Of a stretch of 64,000 bases of DNA, positions 19,059 through 29,859 are shown in pieces. How positions within the stretch are numbered: the stretch's first letter is position 1; each line of letters opens with the position of its first letter. The DNA is taken from positions 160,276 to 224,275 of the forward strand of contig CP175956.1 of assembly GCA_046116545.1 (NCBI GenBank), given 5' to 3'. The position numbers and the translations under genes are program-made. Source of the DNA: Candidatus Moraniibacteriota bacterium. Lineage in GTDB: Bacteria > Patescibacteriota > Minisyncoccia > Moranbacterales > GCA-2747515. Under the pieces are notes generated by a model. That model had not been told where the DNA came from, did not search any database, and saw only the letters and a list, made by a program, of their open reading frames with translations.

Positions 19059-20081
19059 TTAACTTAATTTTAATTTAGATAATACGCCCTTCAATTCTTC
19101 TTCAGAAAAATAAGATACTGTTATATTTCCACCACTAGCACTTTCTTTCACTCTAACTTTTGTACCAAAATATCTAGTTAGCTGATCCTCCAGTCTACGT
19201 GCTTGAGGCGTCCTTTCTGTTATCCTTCTAGCTCTTTTTTCACTACTAAATCCAAGTAACTTATTTTCAGCTTGTCTAACTGTTAAATTTTCGTCTGTTA
19301 TCAATTTATATAATGCTAGTTGTTTTTGTGGATTACTCATGCTCATTATAACCTTTGCATGACCCTCTGTAATCTTACTAGTCATTAGTCCTTTTTGAAT
19401 TTCAATTGGAAGTGATACGAGTCTCATACGATTTGCAACAGCTGAACGACTCTTTCCAGTTCTTACCGCTATTTCTTCTTGTGATAAATCAAATTCTTCA
19501 GCTAATTTTTTATATGATTTTGCTTCCTCTATTAAATTAAGATCGTGTCTCTGTACATTTTCTATAAGAGCTAGCTCCAATTTTTTCTGTTCACTAAAGT
19601 CTTCTCCTCTTTTCACAACCACTGGAACATTCTTAAGTCCAGCTTTTTTTGATGCTCTCAACCTCCTCTCACCAGCAATTAATTCGTAATGATCTCCTTT
19701 ATGAATTGCTATTAGTGGTTGCAGAATTCCATGCGTTTTTATAGAACTTGTTAACTCATCTAGCTTATCATCATCAAAATATATACGAGGCTGTTGTGAA
19801 TTAGCTCGCACCATACCAATCGCCACATCTTCAACAAAATCCCTATCTATTTTCTCCACATCTATATCATCACTAACAACCTTTTGCTCTTGGCTTTTTT
19901 CTTGAACCTTTTTGTCAACACTTACTTTTACTGGCTTTTTTGTAACTATGCGTTTAGTTGCACCATGCATAATTGATTGTTTTTTTGTAACTGGCCTCAT
20001 TTTTTCTACATCATCACTACTATTATTTTTTTGTGGAATCAGTGATGAAAGACCTCGACCTAATCCATGTTCTTGTGCCAT
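19059..20081 (-). CDS. parB: Chromosome partitioning protein ParB (N-terminally extended)
   Basis: GLGRGLSSLIP...LIENVQR...ParB HTH. Confidence 0.85.
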   Translation of the reverse strand: MAQEHGLGRGLSSLIPQKNNSSDDVEKMRPVTKKQSIMHGATKRIVTKKPVKVSVDKKVQEKSQEQKVVSDDIDVEKIDRDFVEDVAIGMVRANSQQPRIYFDDDKLDELTSSIKTHGILQPLIAIHKGDHYELIAGERRLRASKKAGLKNVPVVVKRGEDFSEQKKLELALIENVQRHDLNLIEEAKSYKKLAEEFDLSQEEIAVRTGKSRSAVANRMRLVSLPIEIQKGLMTSKITEGHAKVIMSMSNPQKQLALYKLITDENLTVRQAENKLLGFSSEKRARRITERTPQARRLEDQLTRYFGTKVRVKESASGGNITVSYFSEEELKGVLSKLKLS

Positions 20082-20096
20082 AAACTTTATTTATAA

Positions 20097-20867
20097 TTAA
20101 TTTTCATCCTCCAAAGCAATTATCTCTTTTGATAATGCCTTATATGCTCTAGCGCCTTTATTTAAATTATCAAACATTGATATTGATTTTCCATAACTTG
20201 GAGCTTCTGCAAGCCTAACACTTCTAGGTATAATACTCTCAAAAACTTTTCCAGGAAAATGTTGTCTCATTTCTCGTACAACTTGCTTTGCTAATCTATT
20301 TCTTCTATCAAAAAGAGTAATTACTGCACCCATTATATTTAATTCAGGCTGAAGATTATTTTGAACTAAATCAATGGTTTCTAATAATTGTCCAAGTCCT
20401 TCCAATGCGTAATATTCTGCTTGTACTGGTATGATAACATCATCCGAGGCTACAAGTCCATTTATTGTAAGTAACCCCAAGCTTGGTGGTGAATCAATAA
20501 TTATGTAATCATAATCAGTTCTAATCTGTCTCAAAGTATCATAAAGACGAAATTCTCTATTTTCAATATCGATTAATTCTACATTTGCACCTGCTAAATC
20601 AGCAGTTGCTGGGACTATGTGGAATCCCTCCATTTCAGTACCAAATATTGCATCCCTCAAATCACCCTTATTCATCATTGTAGAATACAAACTATGTTCT
20701 ACACTTCTAGGATCAATTCCTAATCCACTGGTAGCATTGCCCTGTGGATCCAAATCCACCAAAAGAACAAATTTACCAGCCTCAGCTAAATAGCTTGCTA
20801 CATTTACTGAAGTTGTTGTTTTACCAACGCCACCTTTTTGATTTATAAATGAAATAATTTTTGCCAT
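20097..20867 (-). CDS. parA: Chromosome partitioning ATPase ParA/Soj
   Basis: NQKGGVGKTTTSVN is a deviant Walker A motif. Confidence 0.9.
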   Translation of the reverse strand: MAKIISFINQKGGVGKTTTSVNVASYLAEAGKFVLLVDLDPQGNATSGLGIDPRSVEHSLYSTMMNKGDLRDAIFGTEMEGFHIVPATADLAGANVELIDIENREFRLYDTLRQIRTDYDYIIIDSPPSLGLLTINGLVASDDVIIPVQAEYYALEGLGQLLETIDLVQNNLQPELNIMGAVITLFDRRNRLAKQVVREMRQHFPGKVFESIIPRSVRLAEAPSYGKSISMFDNLNKGARAYKALSKEIIALEDEN

Positions 20868-20948
20868 CGTTCTATCACTTTAACTACTTACAATACTTGC
20901 TTATATAAAACAATTATACTATAATATCACGAGTACTACAAAGAATAT

Positions 20949-21032
20949 GCCTCGGTGGCGGAATTGGTAGACGCGTTGGACTCAAAATCCAATGTTCGCA
21001 AGGACGTGAGAGTTCAAGTCTCTCCCGAGGCA
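20949..21032 (+). tRNA. tRNA-Leu (anticodon CAA)
   Basis: Acceptor GCCTCGG/CCGAGGC; D-arm GCGGAATTGGTAGACGC; anticodon loop CTCAAAA; long variable arm; T-arm GAGAGTTCAAGTCTCTC; CCA is not encoded. Confidence 0.9.
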
Positions 21033-21065
21033 CACATAAAATTATAACTTAAGGAGGTATACGTT

Positions 21066-21539
21066 GTGGATATTAAAATTCGAATTGGTAAAACTCGTAT
21101 TGTTATTACTATTGGACCTTATGCCTTTAAAGTTATACGTATCCGTTTTTTTGACTTTACTTATAAGTTAATAAAACTACACTATGACAAAATTAAATTT
21201 GGAGATATTGTAGCTTATAAAACTCTACGTAGACACAGTCGAATACTATTGTTCAAAGATATGTTCATTGCATGTTTGTTAGCAAATTACCGAGAATATC
21301 AATATTGGAATAGTGCCACAATAAAAAAGGAGGATTATGTACCTACATTATTTACACTATTGTATATAATAAACGTGCAAGAGCGTGATGATGTTGCAGA
21401 TATAAATACTAAACTAATCGCACCTGCACATAATAGATGCTGTGGACGAACTAAACTATCTGATGAATTGAAATATTTAGACAATATATCAAAAACTGGT
21501 CGCATCTTGGACTATGGAAATAAACGTGTTACATCATAA
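21066..21539 (+). CDS. Hypothetical protein (157 aa), GTG start
   Basis: AGGAGGT SD lies 8 nt upstream of the GTG; a strong terminator overlaps the stop; no recognisable domain. Confidence 0.6.
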   Translation: MDIKIRIGKTRIVITIGPYAFKVIRIRFFDFTYKLIKLHYDKIKFGDIVAYKTLRRHSRILLFKDMFIACLLANYREYQYWNSATIKKEDYVPTLFTLLYIINVQERDDVADINTKLIAPAHNRCCGRTKLSDELKYLDNISKTGRILDYGNKRVTS

Positions 21540-21556
21540 TGTTGTAACACGTTTTT
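21523..21556 (+). terminator. Rho-independent terminator
   Basis: AACGTGTTACA-loop-TGTAACACGTT-TTTT. Confidence 0.8.
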
Positions 21557-21594
21557 ACTATATCTGTTTTCTAACTAAATATCCTAATTCTACA

Positions 21595-22443
21595 TTAAGA
21601 CGATTGCCTCTTTGTTAATTCAACTATATTTTCAAGTAAACATGCGATCGTCACCGGACCTACACCTCCAGGAACTGGTGAAATTATAATTTCTCTATCT
21701 TCACAATCTATTATATCCACATCTCCAACAGTCTTATCTCCATCTTTACTAATACCTCCATCAATAATTATTGTATTATCACTTATCAAATCACAAGAAA
21801 GCAAATTCTTTTTACCACAAGCAGTAACTACTACATCCGATTCATTTATAGAAAGCTGCTCAGATGTACTGAATTCATCTTTATTTATACAAGATATAAA
21901 CTTAACATTTGCGCCCTCAACTTTAAATGCATGTGTCATCACATTGTCAAATACATCACTTTTTCCGATTATAGTAACTTTTTTATTTTCCAGACTTTCT
22001 AATTCACTATCAACTAAGCTCATGATAGCATTCGGGAAAACTGGATATATACATTCTTTATTATTTAAAAACCTCTCCTGGTTTACTTTATGAAATCCAT
22101 CAACATCCTTTTCTGGGTCTATAAAACCAATAACCTCATCAACATCCAACTGCTCAGGGAGTGGTAGTTGAACTATAATTCCATTTGTATCAACATCTTT
22201 ATTTAAAAATTCAATAGCACTTTTAACCTCATCCATCGAAATGTCTGTGTTAAAAGTATATTTTCTAAGTTCCACACCAATTTTCTTCGCCGCTCTTTCT
22301 TTTAATTTAACATACAAATGCGAAGCAGGATCATCACCAATAAGAACAACTGCCAAAGCAGGCTCAGCATCTAACTGACTCGCAATATCCTTAACGCCAA
22401 CAAGTTTTTTGGCAGCTATTTTTTTTCCATCTATAAACTTCAT
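21595..22443 (-). CDS. folD: Bifunctional methylenetetrahydrofolate dehydrogenase/cyclohydrolase
   Basis: IDGKKIAAK...AVVLIGDDPASHLYVKLKERAAKKIG...GGVGP. Confidence 0.9.
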   Translation of the reverse strand: MKFIDGKKIAAKKLVGVKDIASQLDAEPALAVVLIGDDPASHLYVKLKERAAKKIGVELRKYTFNTDISMDEVKSAIEFLNKDVDTNGIIVQLPLPEQLDVDEVIGFIDPEKDVDGFHKVNQERFLNNKECIYPVFPNAIMSLVDSELESLENKKVTIIGKSDVFDNVMTHAFKVEGANVKFISCINKDEFSTSEQLSINESDVVVTACGKKNLLSCDLISDNTIIIDGGISKDGDKTVGDVDIIDCEDREIIISPVPGGVGPVTIACLLENIVELTKRQSS

Positions 22444-22447
22444 TTTT

Positions 22448-23233
22448 CTAGTTATTATAAAAAATAATACTCACAACAGCAAATAAAGCTAATGAGTAAT
22501 ACAAAAATATAGCGTAACTTATTTTTTTAATTAATGCAAGGAAATAATGAATAGTTAACATTGCAAAAATAAACGATATAATACAACCAATCCATGTATT
22601 TATATCCATACCACTAAAATATTTCAACTGCATAATCCCTGCACCTGCAATTATTGGTGTGGCAATTAAAAATGAAAATCTAGCAGCATCTTCACGAGTA
22701 AATCCACCAATTCTTGCTCCTGCTATTGTCATGCCACTTCTAGATACTCCTGGTATAAGTGCAACAATTTGTGCAAGTCCTATTAACAATGAATATTTAA
22801 ATGTCATTTTTTCCATTGACTTATCTGCTATAAATAATTTATCAGATGTAAATAAAATGAAACTTCCAAGTACTATAAGAAGTGAAATCATAATAGGTGA
22901 AAAAATAAGTGCCTCTGCTCTATCATTAAAAATGATACCAAAAAATACAGCTGGAATAGTAGCTACAATAATATACCAAAGTAATTCAGGATTTTTTTGA
23001 TATACTTCCATATCACTCCTAATCCAAAAAAGATTTAGCCAATCACGCCAGAAATAAATCACCACTGCTAAAAGTGAACTTATATGCAATGCAACAAAAA
23101 AACTAATCTGAGGCTTATCCATACCAAAAAGATATTCAAGTAAAACTAAGTGACCTGAACTAGAAATCGGCAAAAATTCAGTAATCCCTTGAACAATTCC
23201 AAAAATAATTGATTGTAATAAAGTTGTTTCCAT
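22448..23233 (-). CDS. uppP: Undecaprenyl-diphosphate phosphatase
   Basis: GITEFLPISSSGHLVLL...PGVSRSGMTI. Confidence 0.9.
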   Translation of the reverse strand: METTLLQSIIFGIVQGITEFLPISSSGHLVLLEYLFGMDKPQISFFVALHISSLLAVVIYFWRDWLNLFWIRSDMEVYQKNPELLWYIIVATIPAVFFGIIFNDRAEALIFSPIMISLLIVLGSFILFTSDKLFIADKSMEKMTFKYSLLIGLAQIVALIPGVSRSGMTIAGARIGGFTREDAARFSFLIATPIIAGAGIMQLKYFSGMDINTWIGCIISFIFAMLTIHYFLALIKKISYAIFLYYSLALFAVVSIIFYNN

Positions 23234-23353
23234 ATTTATTAGTATAAAGCAAAAAGTTTAAAGTGAAAAGAAAACTGCTAAATTTAATAACAAAAAAGGT
23301 AAGTGACATATTATGTCACTTACCTTAAATTTCTATACACCCTCTGTCAATGT

Positions 23354-24022
23354 TTATGCAGAATACAAAATAATGTCCTGAAGTGGGCCTGCCCCTAAAA
23401 GATCAACATCTTCATTCCCATTATTTCCCTTGATATACATCAAAACTTCCGGAACAATATCCCTAAGGTTAATATCTTTTTTTTGTAACCACTCTTTAGT
23501 CATATTAATACTGACCACAAGCTCTTCAAAATTCACTGAAATACTATTTTCACCACCATCAACTGATTTGACAGTAACTGTGCGATACCCTTTCTGTTCC
23601 ATAACACAATCACCTCTTATCACCGCTCTGTAATCACTCTGGATAGACAAAATTGCAGCAATTGATTCAATTTTTTTCTTATCACTGCATTTATTAAGAG
23701 TATCTCTAATCTGTCTTTTCAGTTTTTTAAAATGCAACTCTTTCTCAATTTTAGGGATACAATAATATCCCACATCTGCAAATATGGCTTTGGCAGCGTC
23801 TTCAGTCAATGGAGTAAAATCCGATGATTGAAAACATAATGTTTTTCCATTACGTATCATGCATACATGCCTACCGCCAGCACCTCTCATATTTACCATA
23901 TCCTTGAGTGCCCGCGATTCAGCTATAACATCATCTGATACTGTTGCATGAACCTCAAAACCATTAGTGATTTGAATCAATGCAAGACCATCAATTTCCA
24001 TTACTGCTTTTTTCTTACTCAT
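23354..24022 (-). CDS. Hypothetical protein (222 aa)
   Basis: AAGGAGAAAAA SD upstream; no confident domain assignment. Confidence 0.6.
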   Translation of the reverse strand: MSKKKAVMEIDGLALIQITNGFEVHATVSDDVIAESRALKDMVNMRGAGGRHVCMIRNGKTLCFQSSDFTPLTEDAAKAIFADVGYYCIPKIEKELHFKKLKRQIRDTLNKCSDKKKIESIAAILSIQSDYRAVIRGDCVMEQKGYRTVTVKSVDGGENSISVNFEELVVSINMTKEWLQKKDINLRDIVPEVLMYIKGNNGNEDVDLLGAGPLQDIILYSA

Positions 24023-24198
24023 TTTTTCTCCTTTGCTATGCCATTTTATTCCATATGGCGCTGCGATGAAGTTTGCGATTCACTTCCAATAAGTAAATCC
24101 ATTAACCTACATATTTATAATAAAGAACTAAAACATTTCATTATTACATAATCTCTTATATTTGTCAAGTAAGCTAGACTAATCTTACGTTTTCCTAA

Positions 24199-26025
24199 TT
24201 ACTCCACTGTTACACTTTTTGCAAGATTTCTAGGTCTATCTACATCAAATCCCTTTGACACTCCCGCATAATATGCCATTAATTGTAATGGCACTACACT
24301 TATAATTGGAGTTAATATCTCCAAAGTTTTTGGAATATAAATTGTGTCGTTGGCATATTTTTCTATTTCTTTCGTCCCACTTGTTGTTACTGCTACAATT
24401 TTTCCACCACGAGCTTTTATTTCTTCTATTGCTGAAAGTGTTTTTTCATATACACTATCCTTTGGTGCAAGTATGATTGACGGAAAATCTTTATCTATAA
24501 GAGCTATCGGACCATGTTTCATTTCTCCTGATGCATACCCCTCCGCATGAATATATGATATTTCTTTAATTTTCAAAGCTCCTTCCATAGCAATTGGGAA
24601 ATTATATTTTCTCCCCAAATAAAACATACTACTGTATTTGCTATATTTCTTTGCAATTCTTTTTATATTTTTTTCATCCTCAAAAACTTCATCCATTTTC
24701 TTTGGAATTTTTTTCAATTCTGATAAAATTCTTTTTCCCATAGTCAGAGACATATTTCGCTGTCTACCCAAGAAAACTGTTAGTAAAACTAGAATTGAAA
24801 GTTGTGAAGTAAATGCTTTAGTACTGGCAACACCAACCTCTACACCAGCGTGATTATAGATGCCTGCGTCAGTTTCTCTTGCTATTGTTGAGCCAACTGC
24901 ATTCACTATTCCCAAGGTCAAGCCACCTTTGTTCTTTGCTTCTCTTATTGCTGCTAATGTATCTGCTGTTTCTCCAGATTGAGAAATTGCTATTACTGCG
25001 GTTTTTTTATCTATAAGTGGTTTACGATATCTGAATTCACTTGCATACTCAACTTCAGTAGGTATTCCCGCATATTCTTCCAGCATATACTCACCGACCA
25101 ATCCAGCACAATATGACGTACCACATGACACTATAACAATCCTTTCTATATCTCTGAGCTTATCTTCTACGCTTGAAAGTCCACCAAGCCTAGCAAGTCC
25201 ATCTTTAGCAATAATTCTACCCCTCACAGCATCAGCTACAGCATTTGGCTGTTCAAAAATTTCTTTTAACATGAAATGATCATAACCTTCTTTTTGAGCC
25301 TGTTCATCATCCCAATCAAGTATTTGTTCTTTTTTCTTTTTGTTTCTACCTCCAAAAGTTTTCACGTTATATGTGTCAGGAGTAAATACTACTAATTCAC
25401 CATCATCTAAATAAATAACTTTATTTGTATGTTGAATAATTGCAGACGCATCTGAAGCAAGGATAAATCCATTATCAGCTACACCAATTACTAGCGGAGA
25501 ACTGTTCCTTACTGCTATCATTTTTTCTGGTTCATCCTCATGCAAAATCACCAATGCATATGCGCCTCGAATATCTCGCAAAGCATTACTTACAGAATCC
25601 TCAAAATTATTTTTATTATTATATTCATCTATCAAATGTGCCACCACCTCACTATCAGTTTCAGATTCAAATTTGTGTCCTTTTTTTATTAATCTGTCTT
25701 TTAATTCCTGATAGTTTTCTATAATTCCATTATGTACTAAATGAATTTTTCCACTACTATGAGGATGTGCATTTTTTACACTTGGCTTACCATGTGTTGC
25801 CCACCTAGTATGTGCTATCCCAATATTTGTATCAATACAACAATTTCCAATTTTCCTCTCCAATCCATCAACTTTTCCAATTGATCTAAATGTTTTTTGT
25901 TTGTTCTTATCAATAATACAAATTCCAGCACTATCATATCCACGATATTCCAATCTCTTAAGTCCCTCCAAAAGAACTTCTCCGGCCTTATTATCTTTTC
26001 CAATATAACCTACAATTCCACACAT
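24199..26025 (-). CDS. glmS: Glutamine--fructose-6-phosphate aminotransferase
   Basis: MCGIVGYIG; two SIS domains; 608 aa. Confidence 0.95.
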   Translation of the reverse strand: MCGIVGYIGKDNKAGEVLLEGLKRLEYRGYDSAGICIIDKNKQKTFRSIGKVDGLERKIGNCCIDTNIGIAHTRWATHGKPSVKNAHPHSSGKIHLVHNGIIENYQELKDRLIKKGHKFESETDSEVVAHLIDEYNNKNNFEDSVSNALRDIRGAYALVILHEDEPEKMIAVRNSSPLVIGVADNGFILASDASAIIQHTNKVIYLDDGELVVFTPDTYNVKTFGGRNKKKKEQILDWDDEQAQKEGYDHFMLKEIFEQPNAVADAVRGRIIAKDGLARLGGLSSVEDKLRDIERIVIVSCGTSYCAGLVGEYMLEEYAGIPTEVEYASEFRYRKPLIDKKTAVIAISQSGETADTLAAIREAKNKGGLTLGIVNAVGSTIARETDAGIYNHAGVEVGVASTKAFTSQLSILVLLTVFLGRQRNMSLTMGKRILSELKKIPKKMDEVFEDEKNIKRIAKKYSKYSSMFYLGRKYNFPIAMEGALKIKEISYIHAEGYASGEMKHGPIALIDKDFPSIILAPKDSVYEKTLSAIEEIKARGGKIVAVTTSGTKEIEKYANDTIYIPKTLEILTPIISVVPLQLMAYYAGVSKGFDVDRPRNLAKSVTVE

Positions 26026-26064
26026 AATTTTAGTATATTAGTAATTAATGCCTCACTCACGTTA

Positions 26065-26694
26065 TTAAATTATACCACCGATTTCTCTTAAATTACTAAT
26101 ATGCATATTACAATTTTTACTATTTTTACATTTACTATCACCCCTTACAATATGAACCGTTTTTATATTTATTTCGGACTGTTTTGCATTTTCAAAATAT
26201 CCTAATTTATCGTCAATAAGTACTACTAACTCATCTGGAAAATTTTGCATATATTTTTCAATTTCCACAGTTTTATCTTCTTGTGTAATAATTGTATCTG
26301 CAAAAAATTGTTCAATACCTGAACCTGCAATTTTCTGCTTTTGAAACTCATACTCACCATACGATAAAATAATTAAATCTTTTTTATTATATTGATTTGC
26401 AAAAGCATAGAAATCCTCAAACACAAATTCCTCTAGATTTTCCAAAAACTCACTTATTTCTTGTAAAAAAACTTTTTGATTTATATTCATTTCCATCGCA
26501 CCTGCTATTTTTACTATATGATTTTTTGGTGAATGTAGCTCTCCATTCTCGCCTATAGCTCTAGCAAAACTATCATATGTTTTTTGATATAATCCACGAT
26601 TAACTCCATGTAGATAAAAAATATTATACAGTCCTTCTGCAAAATCATGACGCGCGTCAAAAATTGTATTATCGAAATCTACAAATATTTTCAT
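26065..26694 (-). CDS. HAD-superfamily hydrolase
   Basis: FVDFDNTIF is motif I. Confidence 0.7.
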   Translation of the reverse strand: MKIFVDFDNTIFDARHDFAEGLYNIFYLHGVNRGLYQKTYDSFARAIGENGELHSPKNHIVKIAGAMEMNINQKVFLQEISEFLENLEEFVFEDFYAFANQYNKKDLIILSYGEYEFQKQKIAGSGIEQFFADTIITQEDKTVEIEKYMQNFPDELVVLIDDKLGYFENAKQSEINIKTVHIVRGDSKCKNSKNCNMHISNLREIGGII

Positions 26695-26867
26695 ATAATT
26701 TCATTAACTGATTTAATAATTTATTATTTAAATTTGTCATTCTAGAAATAACATTGTCCAGAATCTACACCATGAGATTAACGTTAATCTTTGTATTACA
26801 GAAAGATTTCTGCCTTCGCAGGAATAACACAGTTTTCAATTCTTAATTCCCAATTTTTCATTTTTAA

Positions 26868-28700
26868 TTATTGCAAAGCACCCGATTGATATTGCCACAA
26901 TTCAAAGTATTTTCCTTTCTTTTCAAGTAATTCTTCATGTGTACCATCTTCTACAATTTTACCACCATCAAATACAATAATTCTATCCATTTGTTTCAAT
27001 GTACTTAATCTATGTGCAATTACGATTGTTGTTCTTCCTTTCATTAATTCCTCAAGTGCTTCTTGGATAAGTTTTTCTGAATGTGAATCTAATGAACTCG
27101 TTGCTTCATCCAATACTAAAATTGGCGATTTCTTTAACATTGCACGTGCAATCATTACACGTTGCTTTTGTCCACCCGAAAGCTTCACACCACGCTCCCC
27201 AACCAATGTCTCAAACTCCTTGGGAAAACTATTAATAAACTCTAATGCATGTGCTCGTACAGAAGCCTCTATTATATCATTTTTACTTGCTTGTACATTA
27301 CTATATTTGATATTCTCTTCTAAAGTTCTATGAAATAACAATGCTTCTTGTGGCACATATGCAATAGCACTACGTAAATCATCTTGGCGAATATTCTTAA
27401 TATCATGCCCATCAATTATTATTTGTCCTGATTCCAAATCCATAAATCGTAACAATAAACTCACAAATGTAGATTTTCCCTCACCCGATTCACCCACAAG
27501 TCCAATTTTTTGTCCTGAAGAAATCTCTAATGACAATTGCTTAAAAACTGAGCGTTCCTTATCATCCTCATAATGAAAGTCTACATTATCAAAAATAATA
27601 TCACCTTTTTTAATTTCAACTTTCCCAGCATTAGCATTATCTACTATTTCATATGGTATGAATATTTCTTCTAATCCCTCTTTTAATTGTCCATATTGTT
27701 CCATAAATCTATTGAATGTTGCTCCCATAAAAACCAAATCACCCACTAACCGTGTCGACATCACAATTGACATGACCACAATGCCCAATCCTATTTGTTG
27801 CATCTCCCATAACCGCAACATACCAAATACCACCATAAATAACATAACTACAGACATAGCTGAGTTAATTGTTACTACTGTTTCAAAATACCACCATGTT
27901 TTCAAATGCCAAAATCTATGATTTTCAATATACTCTTTAATATTATTTATTTCAAAAGTAGTTTGCACATTCTGTTTAATTGCCATTACATTAGTGAGAT
28001 TGTCTACAATATTACCGCGTAATGAAGATGCTTTGTCTGCACGTTTTTTTGAATAATTAGCCATTTTTCGTGAAGCTGCAATATTGAAAATAAGAAATAT
28101 TACGATAAAACTTGCAAAGATAACACCAAGCCACACATTAAATATGAAAGCCAAAATGCAAAAAATTACAAATTTTGACGCCATTCGTAAAAAATCCCAA
28201 AACAACATCGGAAAAATTGCTTCTACGCTTCTGGCAATATTTGAAACTTTACTAGATAATTTTCCAACCAATCTACCAGAAAAATATGTATAGCTGTGTT
28301 TAATTAAATAATTAAATGTAATTTGAAAAGAATACGCTTCTAGACGTGTTGTCACATAACTACCCAAAAAACCACTAATGCGCCAAAATAGAAAACTAAT
28401 TGCAAACACACTTATCAATAATCCTGCAAAATGATATACGTCTGCCATATCATCGCCAACAGTCATTGTATTTAATGTATCTACCAATTGCCCCAAAAAA
28501 TAAATTACTCCACTGACAAAAACCTCTGATACTACGACCAATGCCATTATAATAATAATTTGCAATCGATATTTTTGTGCTACAAAAAATAAAAATCTGA
28601 ACGGCTTATATTGAAATTCTGAAAAATTAATTTTTTTTTCTTTTGTCTTCATACTAAAACTTTTTTTACTTCTATGAAATATTAAATGATCTGTATTCAC
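26868..28700 (-). CDS. ABC transporter, fused permease and ATPase (MsbA-like exporter)
   Basis: Six-TM N-terminal domain; GESGEGKST is Walker A; LSGGQKQR is the ABC signature; the true start may be the internal MKTKEKK (28652), which would avoid the overlap. Confidence 0.85.
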   Translation of the reverse strand: MNTDHLIFHRSKKSFSMKTKEKKINFSEFQYKPFRFLFFVAQKYRLQIIIIMALVVVSEVFVSGVIYFLGQLVDTLNTMTVGDDMADVYHFAGLLISVFAISFLFWRISGFLGSYVTTRLEAYSFQITFNYLIKHSYTYFSGRLVGKLSSKVSNIARSVEAIFPMLFWDFLRMASKFVIFCILAFIFNVWLGVIFASFIVIFLIFNIAASRKMANYSKKRADKASSLRGNIVDNLTNVMAIKQNVQTTFEINNIKEYIENHRFWHLKTWWYFETVVTINSAMSVVMLFMVVFGMLRLWEMQQIGLGIVVMSIVMSTRLVGDLVFMGATFNRFMEQYGQLKEGLEEIFIPYEIVDNANAGKVEIKKGDIIFDNVDFHYEDDKERSVFKQLSLEISSGQKIGLVGESGEGKSTFVSLLLRFMDLESGQIIIDGHDIKNIRQDDLRSAIAYVPQEALLFHRTLEENIKYSNVQASKNDIIEASVRAHALEFINSFPKEFETLVGERGVKLSGGQKQRVMIARAMLKKSPILVLDEATSSLDSHSEKLIQEALEELMKGRTTIVIAHRLSTLKQMDRIIVFDGGKIVEDGTHEELLEKKGKYFELWQYQSGALQ

Positions 28701-29694
28701 TATACTCTGTAATTAAACTTATTGCACGAGCTAGTTTATCACTATCATGACGGATAAATGCTCGTGTATGAGCAAGTGCATCTCCATTAGTGGCTTTTAT
28801 TTTTTCTTTTCTAAGTAAATCGCCTTCTACAATTCTATGGTTCTTATTGTCTTTATATTTACACAAAACCAATGAGTCTTTTCCTTCTTGCTTTTCATAT
28901 TTAGCAATCATACTTTTATGTGGTTTTTTAGAATTATAGACTACAAAATCAACTCTATTTTTGCCTATTAATTTCTCTATATTTTTCACATAATCAGCTA
29001 CTGTAAAATTATCAGTTTGACCATATTTATTTGTAAGAGGTGCTACAAAAATAACTTTTGATTTTGTTTTTTTGATTGCATTTTTTATTCCACTAACTAA
29101 TAAATTTGGCACAATACTTCCATAATGATCACCAGGTCCTATTATTATAAAATCAGCATCATTTATTGCCTTAACAGCCCGCTTATTTGCTCTTACAGTT
29201 TTTGATAATCGCACTTCATGTATACCTGTTTGCCTAACTTGTTCATTATCATCCAACTCTTTTTCGCCCACAATTATTCGTCCATCATTTAACTTTATAG
29301 TAAGACGCATATCATCTTCACTCACAGGAACAACAGAACCTTTCACATTTAATATTTCAATAGCCTCAATTATTCCATCAGAAAAACTTCCGTTGATTTT
29401 TTCTAAAGCTGACAGAAAAAGATTTCCAAAATTATGACCTTTTAAATCACCGTTATCAAAACGATAGTTCATAAGCTCTCGTAATTTATCACTTGAGTCC
29501 GACAAGGCCACAAGACATTGTCTTACATCTCCTGGAGGTAAAACTCCCAGTTCATCTCTAAGTTTTCCCGTGGATCCACCATCATCAGCCATAGTAACAA
29601 TTGCTGTAAGATCATATTGATAATTCTTTAATCCTGACAACAAAGTGAATGACCCCGTCCCACCACCAATTGTAACAATTTTTTTATTTTTCAT
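28672..29694 (-). CDS. YvcK/CofD-family (UPF0052) protein
   Basis: VTIGGGTGSFTLLSGLK...AIVTMADDGGSTGKLR. Confidence 0.85.
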   Translation of the reverse strand: MKNKKIVTIGGGTGSFTLLSGLKNYQYDLTAIVTMADDGGSTGKLRDELGVLPPGDVRQCLVALSDSSDKLRELMNYRFDNGDLKGHNFGNLFLSALEKINGSFSDGIIEAIEILNVKGSVVPVSEDDMRLTIKLNDGRIIVGEKELDDNEQVRQTGIHEVRLSKTVRANKRAVKAINDADFIIIGPGDHYGSIVPNLLVSGIKNAIKKTKSKVIFVAPLTNKYGQTDNFTVADYVKNIEKLIGKNRVDFVVYNSKKPHKSMIAKYEKQEGKDSLVLCKYKDNKNHRIVEGDLLRKEKIKATNGDALAHTRAFIRHDSDKLARAISLITEYSEYRSFNIS

Positions 29695-29859
29695 GATTTA
29701 GTTATTACATAATGCTTTATATTATTACACTACTCTAACATAAAATTTACTTTAATGCTTTTAGTTTGTTGACAAAAAACAAGTTTTATGTAATACTACT
29801 AATTCAGTTTTTTAAATAGGTACTAACTACCTAAATAACAATACAAGGAGAACAAGCTG

